A DNA stretch of 64,000 nt from Auanema rhodensis (lineage: Eukaryota; Animalia; Nematoda). Positions 43,174 through 57,900 of the stretch are shown here, piece by piece (within the stretch, counting starts at the first letter, position 1; each line of letters begins with the position of its first letter). The position numbers were made by a program, and so were the translations under genes. Location of the stretch: contig OZ059895.1 of assembly GCA_964057225.1 (NCBI GenBank), forward strand, positions 558,001 through 622,000. The letters run 5' to 3'. The notes under the pieces were generated by a model. It was not told where the DNA came from and searched no databases. It saw nothing but the letters and a program-made list of their open reading frames with translations.

Positions 43174-44928
43174 GATAACACAAATCGACGCAGCTTAAAA
43201 ATCCGCATCGAATGCACTATACTACATTGAGAAACGCTTAATACAAAAATTAGTTATGATCGTTTGAAAAATGATGCATTAGTGTATGTTGAGTTTCCAT
43301 GTACACTCAACATTGCTTCCAAAAACATTTTGACAAAATTTTTTTTGAAAAATTTCAAAATAATTTAGCAAAAAGTAGATGTTTTTAGATTCCATTTTTC
43401 AAAGCAAAGACGATGGACAATGTTATTCAACGAAAAAATTAATTCTTCAGGGTGAAAATCGAGGATATAAGTGTGAACTTATATCAGTTGATATCTCGGT
43501 GCATTTTTAAGTTAGCGCAAATCTGATAACACAGATCGACGCAGCTTAAAAATTCGGATCGAATGCACTATACTACATTGAGAAACGCTTAATACAAAAA
43601 TTAGTTATGATCGTTTGAAAAATGATGCATTAGTGTATGTTGAGTTTCCATGTACACTCAACATTGCTTCCAAAAACATTTTGACAAAAATTTTTTCGAA
43701 ACATTTCAAAATAATTTAGCAAAGAGTAGATGTTTTTAGATTCCTTTTTTTGAGGCAAAGACGATGGACAATGTTATTCAACGAAAAAATTAATTCTTCA
43801 GGGTGAAAATCGAGGATATAAGTGTGAACTTATATCAGTTGATATCTCGGTGCATTTTTAAGTTAGCGCAAATCTGATAACACAAATCGACGCAGCTTAA
43901 AAATCCGCATCGAATGCACTATACTACATTGAGAAACGCTTAATACAAAAATTAGTTATGATCGTTTGAAAAATGATGCAATAGTGTATGTTGAGTTTCC
44001 ATGTACACTCAACATTGCTTCCAAAAACATTTTGACAAAAATTTTTTCGAAACATTTCAAAATAATTTAGCAAAAAGTAGATGTTTTTAGATTCCTTTTT
44101 TCAAGGCAAAGACGATGGACAATGTTATTCAACGAAAAAATTAATTCTTCAGGGAGAAAATCGAGGATATAAGTGTGAACTTATATCAGTTGATATCTCG
44201 GTGCATTTTTAAGCTAGCGCAAATCTGATAACACAAATCGACGCAGCTTAAAAATCCGCATCGAATGCACTATACTACATTGAGAAACGCTTAATACAAA
44301 AATTAGTTATGATCGTTTGAAAAATGATGCATTAGTGTATGTTGAGTTTCCATGTACACTCAACATTGCTTCCAAAAACATTTTGACAAAATTTTTTTTG
44401 AAAAATTTCAAAATAATTTAGCAAAAAGTAGATGTTTTTAGATTCCATTTTTCAAAGCAAAGACGATGGACAATGTTATTCAACGAAAAAATTAATTCTT
44501 CAGGGTGAAAATCGAGGATATAAGTGTGAACTTATATCAGTTGATATCTCGGTGCATTTTTAAGTTAGCGCAAATCTGATAACACAGATCGACGCAGCTT
44601 AAAAATTCGGATCGAATGCACTATACTACATTGAGAAACGCTTAATACAAAAATTAGTTATGATCGTTTGAAAAATGATGCATTAGTGTATGTTGAGTTT
44701 CCATGTACACTCAACATTGCTTCCAAAAACATTTTGACAAAAATTTTTTCGAAAAATTTCAAAATAACTTAGCAAAAAGTAGATGTTTTTAGATTCCATT
44801 TTTCAAGGCAAAGACAATGGACAATGTTATTCAACGAAAAAAATGATTCTTCAGGGTGAAAATCGAGGATATAAGTGTGAACTTATATCAGTTGATATCT
44901 CGGTGCATTTTTAAGCTAGCGCAAATAT
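42823..44928. repeat. 3-mer (1053-bp) duplication
   Basis: Private ACAAAATTTTTTTTGAAA (loss of TTCGAA) in monomers at 43174 and 44227; AATTCGGAT at 43525 and 44578. Confidence 0.85.
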
Positions 44929-47900
44929 GATAACACAGATCGACGCAGCTTAAAAATCCGCATCGAATGCACTATACTACATTGAGAAACGCTTAATACA
45001 AAAATTTGTTATGATCGTTTGAAAAATGATGCATTAGTGTATGTTGAGTTTCCATGTACACTCAACATTGCTTCCAAAAACATTTTGGCAAAAATTTTTT
45101 CGAAACATTTCGAAATAATTTAGCAAAAAGTAGATGTTTTTAGATTCCTTTTTTCAAGGCAAAGACGATGGACAATGTTATTCAACGAAAAAATTAATTC
45201 TTCAGGGTGAAAATCGAGGATATAAGTGTGAACTTATATCAGTTGATATCTCGGTGCATTTTTAAGCTAGCGCAAATCTGATAACACAGATCGACGCAGC
45301 TTAAAAATCCGCATCGAATGCACTATACTACATTGAGAAACGCTTAATACAAAAATTAGTTATGATCGTTTGAAAAATGATGCATTAGTGTATGTTGAGT
45401 TTCCATGTACACTCAACATTGCTTCCAAAAACATTTTGACAAAAAGTTTTTCGAAAAATTTCAAAATAATTTAGCAAAAAGTAGATGTTTTTAGATTTCT
45501 TTTTTCAAGGCAAAGACGATGGACAATGTTATTCAACGAAAAAAATGATTCTTCAGGGTGAAAATCGAGGATATAAGTGTGAACTTATATCAGTTGATAT
45601 CTCGGTGCATTTTTAAGCTAGCGCAAATATGATAACACAGATCGACGCAGCTTAAAAATCCGCATCGAATGCACTATACTACATTGAGAAACGCTTAATA
45701 CACAAATTAGTTATGATCGTTTGAAAAATGATGCATTAGTGTATGTTGAGTTTCCATGTACACTCAACATTGCTTCCAAAAACATTTTGACAAAAATTTT
45801 TTCGAAAAATTTCAAAATAATTTAGCAAAAAGTAGATGTTTTTAGATTCCATTTTTCAAGGCAAAGACGATGGACAATGTTATTCAACGAAAAAATTAAT
45901 TATTCAGGGTGAAAATCGAGGATATAAGTGTGAACTTATATCAGTTGATATCTCGGTGCATTTTCAAGCTAGCGCAAATCTGATAACACAGATCGACGCA
46001 GCTTAAAAATCCGCATCGAATGCACTATACTACATTGAGAAACGCTTGATACAAAAATTAGTTATGATTGTTTGAAAAATGATGCATTAGTGTATGTTGA
46101 GTTTCCATGTACACTCAACATTGCTTCCAAAAACATTTTGACAAAAATTTTTTCGAAAAATTTCAAAATAATTTAGCAAAAAGTAGATGTTTTTAGATTT
46201 TTTTTTTCAAGGCAAAGACGATGGACAATGCTATTCAACGAAAAAATTAATTCTTCAGGGTGAAAATCGAGGATATAAGTGTGAACTTATATCAGTTGAT
46301 ATCTCGGTGCATTTTTGAGCTAGCGCAAATCTGATAACACAGATCGACGCAGCTTAAAAATCCGCATCGAATGCACTATACTGCATTGAAAAACGCTTGA
46401 TACAAAAATTAGTTATGATTGTTTGAAAAATGATGCATTAGTGTATGTTGAGTTTCCATGTACACTCAACATTGCTTCCAAAAACATTTTGACAAAAATT
46501 TTTTCGAAAAATTTCAAAATAATTTAGCAAAAAGTAGATGTTTTTAGATTCCTTTTTTTAAGGCAAAGACGATGGACAATGTTATTCAACGAAAAAATTA
46601 ATTCTTCAGGGTGAAAATCGAGGATATAAGTGTGAACTTATATCAGTTGATATCTCGGTGCACTTTTAAGTTAGCGCAAATCTGATAACACAGATCGACG
46701 CAGCTTAAAAATCCGCATCGAATGCACTATACTACATTGAGAAACGCTTAATACAAAAATTAGTTATGATCGTTTGAAAAATGATGCATTAGTGTATGTT
46801 GAGTTTCCATGTACACTCAACATTGCTTCCAAAAACATTTTGACAAAAATTTTTTCGAAACATTTCAAAATAATTTAGCAAAAAGTAGATGTTTTTAGAT
46901 TCCTTTTTTTGAGGCAATGACGATGGACAATGTTATTCAACGAAAAAATTAATTCTTCAGGGTGAAAATTGAGGATATAAGTGTGAACTTATATCAGTTG
47001 ATATCTCGGTGCATTTTTAAGCTAGCGCAAATCTGATAACACAAATCGACGCAGCTTAAAAATCCGCATCGAATGCACTATACTACATTGAGAAACGCTT
47101 AATACAAAAATTAGTTATGATCGTTTGAGAAATGATGCATTAGTGTATGTTGAGTTTCCATGTACACTCAACATTGCTTCCAAAAACATTTTGGCAAAAA
47201 TTTTTTCGAAACATTTCAAAATAATTTAGCAAAAAGTAGATGTTTTTAGATTCCTTTTTTCAAGGCAAAGACGATGGACAATGTTATTCAACGAAAAAAT
47301 TAATTCTTCAGGGTGAAAATCGAGGATATAAGTGTGAACTTATATCAGTTGATATCTCGGTGCATTTTTAAGCTAGCGCAAATCTGATAACACAGATCGA
47401 CGCAGCTTAAAAATCCGCATCGAATGCACTATACTACATTGAGAAACGCTTAATACAAAAATTAGTTATGATCGTTTGAAAAATGATGCATTAGTGTATG
47501 TTGAGTTTCCATGTACACTCAACATTGCTTCCAAAAACATTTTGACAAAAAGTTTTTCGAAAAATTTCAAAATAATTTAGCAAAAAGTAGATGTTTTTAG
47601 ATTTCTTTTCTCAAGGCAAAGACGATGGACAATGTTATTCAACGAAAAAATTAATTCTTCAGGGTGAAAATCGAGGATATAAGTGTGAACTTATATCAGT
47701 TGATATCTCGGTGCATTTTTAAGCTAGCGCAAATCTGATAACACAGATCGACGCAGCTTAAAAATCCGCATCGAATGCAATATACTACATTGAGAAACGC
47801 TTAATACAAAAATTAGTTATGATCGTTTGAAAAATGATGCATTAGTGTATGTTGAGTTTCCATGTACACTCAACATTGCTTCCAAAAACATTTTGACAAA

Positions 47901-48789
47901 AAGTTTTTCGAAAAATTTCAAAATAATTTAGCAAAAAGTAGATGTTTTTAGATTTCTTTTCTCAAGGCAAAGACGATGGACAATGTTATTCAACGAAAAA
48001 ATTAATTCTTCAGGGTGAAAATCGAGGATATAAGTGTGAACTTATATCAGTTGATATCTCGGTGCATTTTTAAGCTAGCGCAAATCTGATAACACAGATC
48101 GACGCAGCTTAAAAATTCGCATCGAGTGCACTATACTACATTGAGAAACGCTTAATACAAAAATTAGTTATGATCGTTTGAAAAATGATGCATTAGTGTA
48201 TGTTGAGTTTCCATGTACACTCAACATTGCTTCCAAAAACATTTTGACAAAAATTTTTTCGAAAAATTTCAAAATAATTTAGCAAAAAGTAGATGTTTTT
48301 AGATTCCATTTTTCAAAGCAAAGACGATGGACAATGTTATTCAACGAAAAAATTAATTCTTCAGGGTGAAAATCGAGGATATAAGTGTGAACTTATATCA
48401 GTTGATATCTCGGTGCACTTTTAAGTTAGCGCAAATCTGATAACACAGATCGACGCAGCTTAAAAATCCGCATCGAATGCAATATACTACATTGAGAAAC
48501 GCTTAATACAAAAATTAGTTATGATCGTTTGAAAAATGATGCATTAGTGTATGTTGAGTTTCCATGTACACTCAACATTGCTTCCAAAAACATTTTGACA
48601 AAAATTTTTTCGAAACATTTCAAAATAATTTAGCAAAAAGTAGATGTTTTTAGATTCCTTTTTTTGAGGCAATGACGATGGACAATGTTATTCAACGAAA
48701 AAATTAATTCTTCAGGGTGAAAATTGAGGATATAAGTGTGAACTTATATCAGTTGATATCTCGGTGCATTTTTAAGCTAGCGCAAATCT

Positions 48790-51700
48790 GATAACACAAA
48801 TCGACGCAGCTTAAAAATCCGCATCGAATGCACTATACTACATTGAAAAACGCTTAATACAAAAATTAGTTATGATCGTTTGAAAAATGATGCATTAGTG
48901 TATGTTGAGTTTCCATGTACACTCAACATTGCTTCCAAAAACATTTTGACAAAAATTTTTTCGAAAAATTTCAAAATAATTTAGCAAAAAGTAGATGTTT
49001 TTAGATTCCATTTTTCAAGGCAAAGACAATGGACAATGTTATTCAACGAAAAAAATGATTCTTCAGGGTGAAAATCGAGGATATAAGTGTGAACTTATAT
49101 CAGTTGATATCTCGGTGCATTTTTAAGCTAGCGCAAATATGATAACACAGATCGACGCAGCTTAAAAATCCGCATCGAATGCACTATACTACATTGAGAA
49201 ACGCTTAATACAAAAATTTGTTATGATCGTTTGAAAAATGATGCATTAGTGTATGTTGAGTTTCCATGTACACTCAACATTGCTTCCAAAAACATTTTGA
49301 CAAAAATTTTTTCGAAACATTTCAAAATAATTTAGCAAAAAGTAGATGTTTTTAGATTCCTTTTTTCAAGGCAAAGACGATGGACAATGTTATTCAACGA
49401 AAAAATTAATTCTTCAGGGTGAAACTCGAGGATATAAGTGTGAACTTATATCAGTTGATATCTCGGTGCATTTTTAAGCTAGCGCAAATCTGATAACACA
49501 AATCGACGCAGCTTAAAAATCCGCATCGAATGCACTATACTACATTGAGAAACGCTTAATACAAAAATTAGTTATGATCGTTTGAAAAATGATGCATTAG
49601 TGTATGTTGAGTTTCCATGTACACTCAACATTGCTTCCAAAAACATTTTGACAAAAATTTTTTCGAAAAATTTCAAAATAATTTAGCAAAAAGTAGATGT
49701 TTTTAGATTTCATTTTTCAAGGCAAAGACGATAGACAATGTTATTCAACGAAAAAATTAATTCTTCAGGGTGAAAATCGAGGATATAAGTGTGAACTTAT
49801 ATCAGTTGATATCTCGGTGCATTTTTCAGCTAGCGCAAATCTGATAACACAGATCGACGCAGCTTAAAAATCCGCATCGAATGCACTATACTACATTGAA
49901 AAACGCTTAATACAAAAATTAGTTATGATCGTTTGAAAAATGATGCATTAGTGTATGTTGAGTTTCCATGTACACTCAACATTGCTTCCAAAAACATTTT
50001 GACAAAAATTTTTTCGAAAAATTTCAAAATAATTTAGCAAAAAGTAGATGTTTTTAGATTCCATTTTTCAAGGCAAAGACAATGGACAATGTTATTCAAC
50101 GAAAAAAATGATTCTTCAGGGTGAAAATCGAGGATATAAGTGTGAACTTATATCAGTTGATATCTCGGTGCATTTTTAAGCTAGCGCAAATATGATAACA
50201 CAGATCGACGCAGCTTAAAAATCCGCATCGAATGCACTATACTACATTGAGAAACGCTTAATACAAAAATTTGTTATGATCGTTTGAAAAATGATGCATT
50301 AGTGTATGTTGAGTTTCCATGTACACTCAACATTGCTTCCAAAAACATTTTGACAAAAATTTTTTCGAAACATTTCAAAATAATTTAGCAAAAAGTAGAT
50401 GTTTTTAGATTCCTTTTTTCAAGGCAAAGACGATGGACAATGTTATTCAACGAAAAAATTATTTCTTCAGGGTGAAAATCGAGGATATAAGTGTGAACTT
50501 ATATCAGTTGATATCTCGGTGCATTTTTAAGCTAGCGCAAATCTGATAACACAAATCGACGCAGCTTAAAAATCCGCATCGAATGCACTATACTACATTG
50601 AGAAACGCTTAATACAAAAATTAGTTATGATCGTTTGAAAAATGATGCATTAGTGTATGTTGAGTTTCCATGTACACTCAACATTGCTTCCAAAAACATT
50701 TTGACAAAAATTTTTTCGAAAAATTTCAAAATAATTTAGCAAAAAGTAGATGTTTTTAGATTTCATTTTTCAAGGCAAAGACGATAGACAATGTTATTCA
50801 ACGAAAAAATTAATTCTTCAGGGTGAAAATCGAGGATATAAGTGTGAACTTATATCAGTTGATATCTCGGTGCATTTTTCAGCTAGCGCAAATCTGATAA
50901 CACAGATCGACGCAGCTTAAAAATCCGCATCGAATGCACTATACTACATTGAAAAACGCTTAATACAAAAATTAGTTATGATCGTTTGAAAAATGATGCA
51001 TTAGTGTATGTTGAGTTTCCATGTACACTCAACATTGCTTCCAAAAACATTTTGACAAAAATTTTTTCGAAAAATTTCAAAATAATTTAGCAAAAAGTAG
51101 ATGTTTTTAGATTCCATTTTTCAAGGCAAAGACAATGGACAATGTTATTCAACGAAAAAAATGATTCTTCAGGGTGAAAATCGAGGATATAAGTGTGAAC
51201 TTATATCAGTTGATATCTCGGTGCATTTTTAAGCTAGCGCAAATATGATAACACAGATCGACGCAGCTTAAAAATCCGCATCGAATGCACTATACTACAT
51301 TGAGAAACGCTTAATACAAAAATTTGTTATGATCGTTTGAAAAATGATGCATTAGTGTATGTTGAGTTTCCATGTACACTCAACATTGCTTCCAAAAACA
51401 TTTTGACAAAAATTTTTTCGAAACATTTCAAAATAATTTAGCAAAAAGTAGATGTTTTTAGATTCCTTTTTTCAAGGCAAAGACGATGGACAATGTTATT
51501 CAACGAAAAAATTAATTCTTCAGGGTGAAAATCGAGGATATAAGTGTGAACTTATATCAGTTGATATCTCGGTGCATTTTTAAGCTAGCGCAAATCTGAT
51601 AACACAAATCGACGCAGCTTAAAAATCCGCATCGAATGCACTATACTACATTGAGAAACGCTTAATACAAAAATTAGTTATGATCGTTTGAAAAATGATG

Positions 51701-51948
51701 CATTAGTGTATGTTGAGTTTCCATGTACACTCAACATTGCTTCCAAAAACATTTTGACAAAAATTTTTTCGAAAAATTTCAAAATAATTTAGCAAAAAGT
51801 AGATGTTTTTAGATTTCATTTTTCAAGGCAAAGACGATAGACAATGTTATTCAACGAAAAAATTAATTCTTCAGGGTGAAAATCGAGGATATAAGTGTGA
51901 ACTTATATCAGTTGATATCTCGGTGCATTTTTAAGCTAGCGCAAATCT
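48790..51948. repeat. 3-mer higher-order repeat (1053 bp), 3 copies
   Basis: CATTGAAAA/GACAATGG/AAAATGATT monomers at 48790, 49843 and 50896; TTTTTCAGC at ~49826 and ~50880. Confidence 0.88.
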
Positions 51949-54900
51949 GAAAACACAGATCGACGCAGCTTAAAAATCCGCATCGAATGCACTATACTAC
52001 ATTGAGAAACGCTTAATACAAAAATTTGTTATGATCGTTTGAAAAATGATGCATTAGTGTATGTTGAGTTTCCATGTACACTCAACATTGCTTCCAAAAA
52101 CATTTTGACAAAAATTTTTTCGAAACATTTCAAAATAATTTAGCAAAAAGTAGATGTTTTTAGATTCCTTTTTTCAAGGCAAAGACGATGGACAATGTTA
52201 TTCAACGAAAAAATTAATTCTTCAGGGTGAAAATCGAGGATATAAGTGTGAACTTATATCAGTTGATATCTCGGTGCATTTTTAAGCTAGCGCAAATCTG
52301 ATAACACAGATCGACGCAGCTTAAAAATCCGCATCGAATGCACTATACTACATTGAGAAACGCTTAATACAAAAATTTGTTATGATCGTTTGAAAAATGA
52401 TGCATTAGTGTATGTTGAGTTTCCATGTACACTCAACATTGCTTCCAAAAACATTTTGACAAAAATTTTTTCGAAACATTTCAAATAATTTAGCAAAAAG
52501 TAGATGTTTTTAGATTCCTTTTTTCAAGGCAAAGACGATAGACAATGTTATTCAACGAAAAAATTAATTCTTCAGGGTGAAAATCGAGGATATAAGTGTG
52601 AACTTATATCAGTTGATATCTCGGTGCATTTTTAAGCTAGCGCAAATCTGATAACACAGATCGACGCAGCTTAAAAATCCGCATCGAATGCACTATACTA
52701 CATTGAGAAACGCTTAATACAAAAATTTGTTATGATCGTTTGAAAAATGATGCATTAGTGTATGTTGAGTTTCCATGTACACTCAACATTGCTTCCAAAA
52801 ACATTTTGACAAAAATTTTTTCGAAACATTTCAAAATAATTTAGCAAAAAGTAGATGTTTTTAGATTTCTTTTTTCAAGGCAAAGACGATGGACAATGTT
52901 ATTCAACGAAAAAATTAATTCTTCAGGGTGAAAATCGAGGATATAAGTGTGAACTTATATCAGTTGATATCTCGGTGCATTTTTAAGCTAGCGCAAATCT
53001 GATAACACAAATCGACGCAGCTTAAAAATCCGCATCGAATGCACTATACTACATTGAGAAACGCTTAATACAAAAATTAGTTATGATCGTTTGAAAAATG
53101 ATGCATTAGTGTATGTTGAGTTTCCATGTACACTCAACATTGCTTCCAAAAACATTTTGACAAAAATTTTTTCGAAAAATTTCAAAATAATTTAGCAAAA
53201 AGTAGATGTTTTTAGATTTCATTTTTCAAGGCAAAGACGATAGACAATGTTATTCAACGAAAAAATTAATTCTTCAGGGTGAAAATCGAGGATATAAGTG
53301 TGAACTTATATCAGTTGATATCTCGGTGCATTTTTAAGTTAGCGCAAATCTGATAACACAGATCGACGCAGCTTAAAAATCCGCATCGAATGCACTATAC
53401 TACATTGAGAAACGCTTAATACAAAAATTTGTTATGATCGTTTGAAAAATGATGCATTAGTGTATGTTGAGTTTCCATGTACACTCAACATTGCTTCCAA
53501 AAACATTTTGACAAAAATTTTTTCGAAACATTTCAAAATAATTTAGCAAAAAGTAGATGTTTTTAGATTCCTTTTTTCAAGGCAAAGACGATGGACAATG
53601 TTATTCAACGAAAAAATTAATTCTTCAGGGTGAAAATCGAGGATATAAGTGTGAACTTATATCAGTTGATATCTCGGTGCATTTTTAAGCTAGCGCAAAT
53701 CTGATAACACAGATCGACGCAGCTTAAAAATCCGCATCGAATGCACTATACTACATTGAGAAACGCTTAATACAAAAATTTGTTATGATCGTTTGAAAAA
53801 TGATGCATTAGTGTATGTTGAGTTTCCATGTACACTCAACATTGCTTCCAAAAACATTTTGACAAAAATTTTTTCGAAACATTTCAAAATAATTTAGCAA
53901 AAAGTAGATGTTTTTAGATTCCTTTTTTCAAGGCAAAGACGATAGACAATGTTATTCAACGAAAAAATTAATTCTTCAGGGTGAAAATCGAGGATATAAG
54001 TGTGAACTTATATCAGTTGATATCTCGGTGCATTTTTAAGCTAGCGCAAATCTGATAACACAGATCGACGCAGCTTAAAAATCCGCATCGAATGCACTAT
54101 ACTACATTGAGAAACGCTTAATACAAAAATTTGTTATGATCGTTTGAAAAATGATGCATTAGTGTATGTTGAGTTTCCATGTACACTCAACATTGCTTCC
54201 AAAAACATTTTGACAAAAATTTTTTCGAAACATTTCAAAATAATTTAGCAAAAAGTAGATGTTTTTAGATTCCTTTTTTCAAGGCAAAGACGATGGACAA
54301 TGTTATTCAACGAAAAAATTAATTCTTCAGGGTGAAAATCGAGGATATAAGTGTGAACTTATATCAGTTGATATCTCGGTGCATTTTTAAGCTAGCGCAA
54401 ATCTGATAAAACAGATCGACGCAGCTTAAAAATCCGCATCGAATGCACTATACTACATTGAGAAACGCTTAATACAAAAATTTGTTATGATCGTTTGAAA
54501 AATGATGCATTAGTGTATGTTGAGTTTCCATGTACACTCAACATTGCTTCCAAAAACATTTTGACAAAAATTTTTTCGAAACATTTCAAAATAATTTAGC
54601 AAAAAGTAGATGTTTTTAGATTCCTTTTTTCAAGGCAAAGACGATAGACAATGTTATTCAACGAAAAAATTAATTCTTCAGGGTGAAAATCGAGGATATA
54701 AGTGTGAACTTATATCAGTTGATATCTCGGTGCATTTTTAAGCTAGCGCAAATCTGATAACACAGATCGACGCAGCTTAAAAATCCGCATCGAATGCACT
54801 ATACTACATTGAGAAACGCTTAATACAAAAATTTGTTATGATCGTTTGAAAAATGATGCATTAGTGTATGTTGAGTTTCCATGTACACTCAACATTGCTT

Positions 54901-57900
54901 CCAAAAACATTTTGACAAAAATTTTTTCGAAACATTTCAAAATAATTTAGCAAAAAGTAGATGTTTTTAGATTCCTTTTTTCAAGGCAAAGACGATGGAC
55001 AATGTTATTCAACGAAAAAATTAATTCTTCAGGGTGAAAATCGAGGATATAAGTGTGAACTTATATCAGTTGATATCTCGGTGCATTTTTAAGCTAACGC
55101 AAATCTGATAACACAGATCGACGCAGCTTAAAAATCCGCATCGAATGCACTATACTACATTGAGAAACGCTTAATACAAAAATTTGTTATGATCGTTTGA
55201 AAAATGATGCATTAGTGTATGTTGAGTTTCCATGTACACTCAACATTGCTTCCAAAAACATTTTGACAAAAATTTTTTCGAAACATTTCAAAATAATTTA
55301 GCAAAAAGTAGATGTTTTTAGATTCCTTTTTTCAAGGCAAAGACGATGGACAATGTTATTCAACGAAAAAATTAATTCTTCAGGGTGAAAATCGAGGATA
55401 TAAGTGTGAACTTATATCAGTTGATATCTCGGTGCATTTTTAAGCTAGCGCAAATCTGATAACACAAATCGACGCAGCTTAAAAATCCGCATCGAATGCA
55501 CTATACTACATTGAGAAACGCTTAATACAAAAATTAGTTATGATCGTTTGAAAAATGATGCATTAGTGTATGTTGAGTTTCCATGTACACTCAACATTGC
55601 TTCCAAAAACATTTTGACAAAAATTTTTTCGAAAAATTTCAAAATAATTTAGCAAAAAGTAGATGTTTTTAGATTTCATTTTTCAAGGCAAAGACGATAG
55701 ACAATGTTATTCAACGAAAAAATTAATTCTTCAGGGTGAAAATCGAGGATATAAGTGTGAACTTATATCAGTTGATATCTCGGTGCATTTTTAAGCTAGC
55801 GCAAATCTGATAACACAGATCGACGCAGCTTAAAAATCCGCATCGAATGCACTATACTACATTGAGAAACGCTTAATACAAAAATTTGTTATGATCGTTT
55901 GAAAAATGATGCATTAGTGTATGTTGAGTTTCCATGTACACTCAACATTGCTTCCAAAAACATTTTGACAAAAATTTTTTCGAAACATTTCAAAATAATT
56001 TAGCAAAAAGTAGATGTTTTTAGATTCCTTTTTTCAAGGCAAAGACGATGGACAATGTTATTCAACGAAAAAATTAATTCTTCAGGGTGAAAATCGAGGA
56101 TATAAGTGTGAACTTATATCAGTTGATATCTCGGTGCATTTTTAAGCTAGCGCAAATCTGATAACACAGATCGACGCAGCTTAAAAATCCGCATCGAATG
56201 CACTATACTACATTGAGAAACGCTTAATACAAAAATTTGTTATGATCGTTTGAAAAATGATGCATTAGTGTATGTTGAGTTTCCATGTACACTCAACATT
56301 GCTTCCAAAAACATTTTGACAAAAATTTTTTCGAAACATTTCAAAATAATTTAGCAAAAAGTAGATGTTTTTAGATTCCTTTTTTCAAGGCAAAGACGAT
56401 GGACAATGTTATTCAACGAAAAAATTAATTCTTCAGGGTGAAAATCGAGGATATAAGTGTGAACTTATATCAGTTGATATCTCGGTGCATTTTTAAGCTA
56501 GCGCAAATCTGATAACACAAATCGACGCAGCTTAAAAATCCGCATCGAATGCACTATACTACATTGAGAAACGCTTAATACAAAAATTAGTTATGATCGT
56601 TTGAAAAATGATGCATTAGTGTATGTTGAGTTTCCATGTACACTCAACATTGCTTCCAAAAACATTTTGACAAAAATTTTTTCGAAAAATTTCAAAATAA
56701 TTTAGCAAAAAGTAGATGTTTTTAGATTTCATTTTTCAAGGCAAAGACAATAGACAATGTTATTCAACGAAAAAATTAATTCTTCAGGGTGAAAATCGAG
56801 GATATAAGTGTGAACTTATATCAGTTGATATCTCGGTGCATTTTTAAGCTAGCGCAAATCTGATAACACAGATCGACGCAGCTTAAAAATCCGCATCGAA
56901 TGCACTATACTACATTGAGAAACGCTTAATACAAAAATTTGTTATGATCGTTTGAAAAATGATGCATTAGTGTATGTTGAGTTTCCATGTACACTCAACA
57001 TTGCTTCCAAAAACATTTTGACAAAAATTTTTTCGAAACATTTCAAAATAATTTAGCAAAAAGTAGATGTTTTTAGATTCCTTTTTTCAAGGCAAAGACG
57101 ATGGACAATGTTATTCAACGAAAAAATTAATTCTTCAGGGTGAAAATCGAGGATATAAGTGTGAACTTATATCAGTTGATATCTCGGTGCATTTTTAAGC
57201 TAGCGCAAATCTGATAACACAGATCGACGCAGCTTAAAAATCCGCATCGAATGCACTATACTACATTGAGAAACGCTTAATACAAAAATTTGTTATGATC
57301 GTTTGAAAAATGATGCATTAGTGTATGTTGAGTTTCCATGTACACTCAACATTGCTTCCAAAAACATTTTGACAAAAATTTTTTCGAAACATTTCAAAAT
57401 AATTTAGCAAAAAGTAGATGTTTTTAGATTCCTTTTTTCAAGGCAAAGACGATAGACAATGTTATTCAACGAAAAAATTAATTCTTCAGGGTGAAAATCG
57501 AGGATATAAGTGTGAACTTATATCAGTTGATATCTCGGTGCATTTTTAAGCTAGCGCAAATCTGATAACACAGATCGACGCAGCTTAAAAATCCGCATCG
57601 AATGCACTATACTACATTGAGAAACGCTTAATACAAAAATTTGTTATGATCGTTTGAAAAATGATGCATTAGTGTATGTTGAGTTTCCATGTACACTCAA
57701 CATTGCTTCCAAAAACATTTTGACAAAAATTTTTTCGAAACATTTCAAAATAATTTAGCAAAAAGTAGATGTTTTTAGATTCCTTTTTTCAAGGCAAAGA
57801 CGATGGACAATGTTATTCAACGAAAAAATTAATTCTTCAGGGTGAAAATCGAGGATATAAGTGTGAACTTATATCAGTTGATATCTCGGTGCATTTTTAA

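Larger units (their letters stand above)
29134..44928. repeat. Central subfamily domain (TTTTGAGGC, GAAAATTGAG, GGGAGAAAA variants)
   Basis: These variants are absent before ~29.0 kb and common from 29 to 44 kb. Stragglers occur at ~46.9 and ~48.7 kb. Confidence 0.85.
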
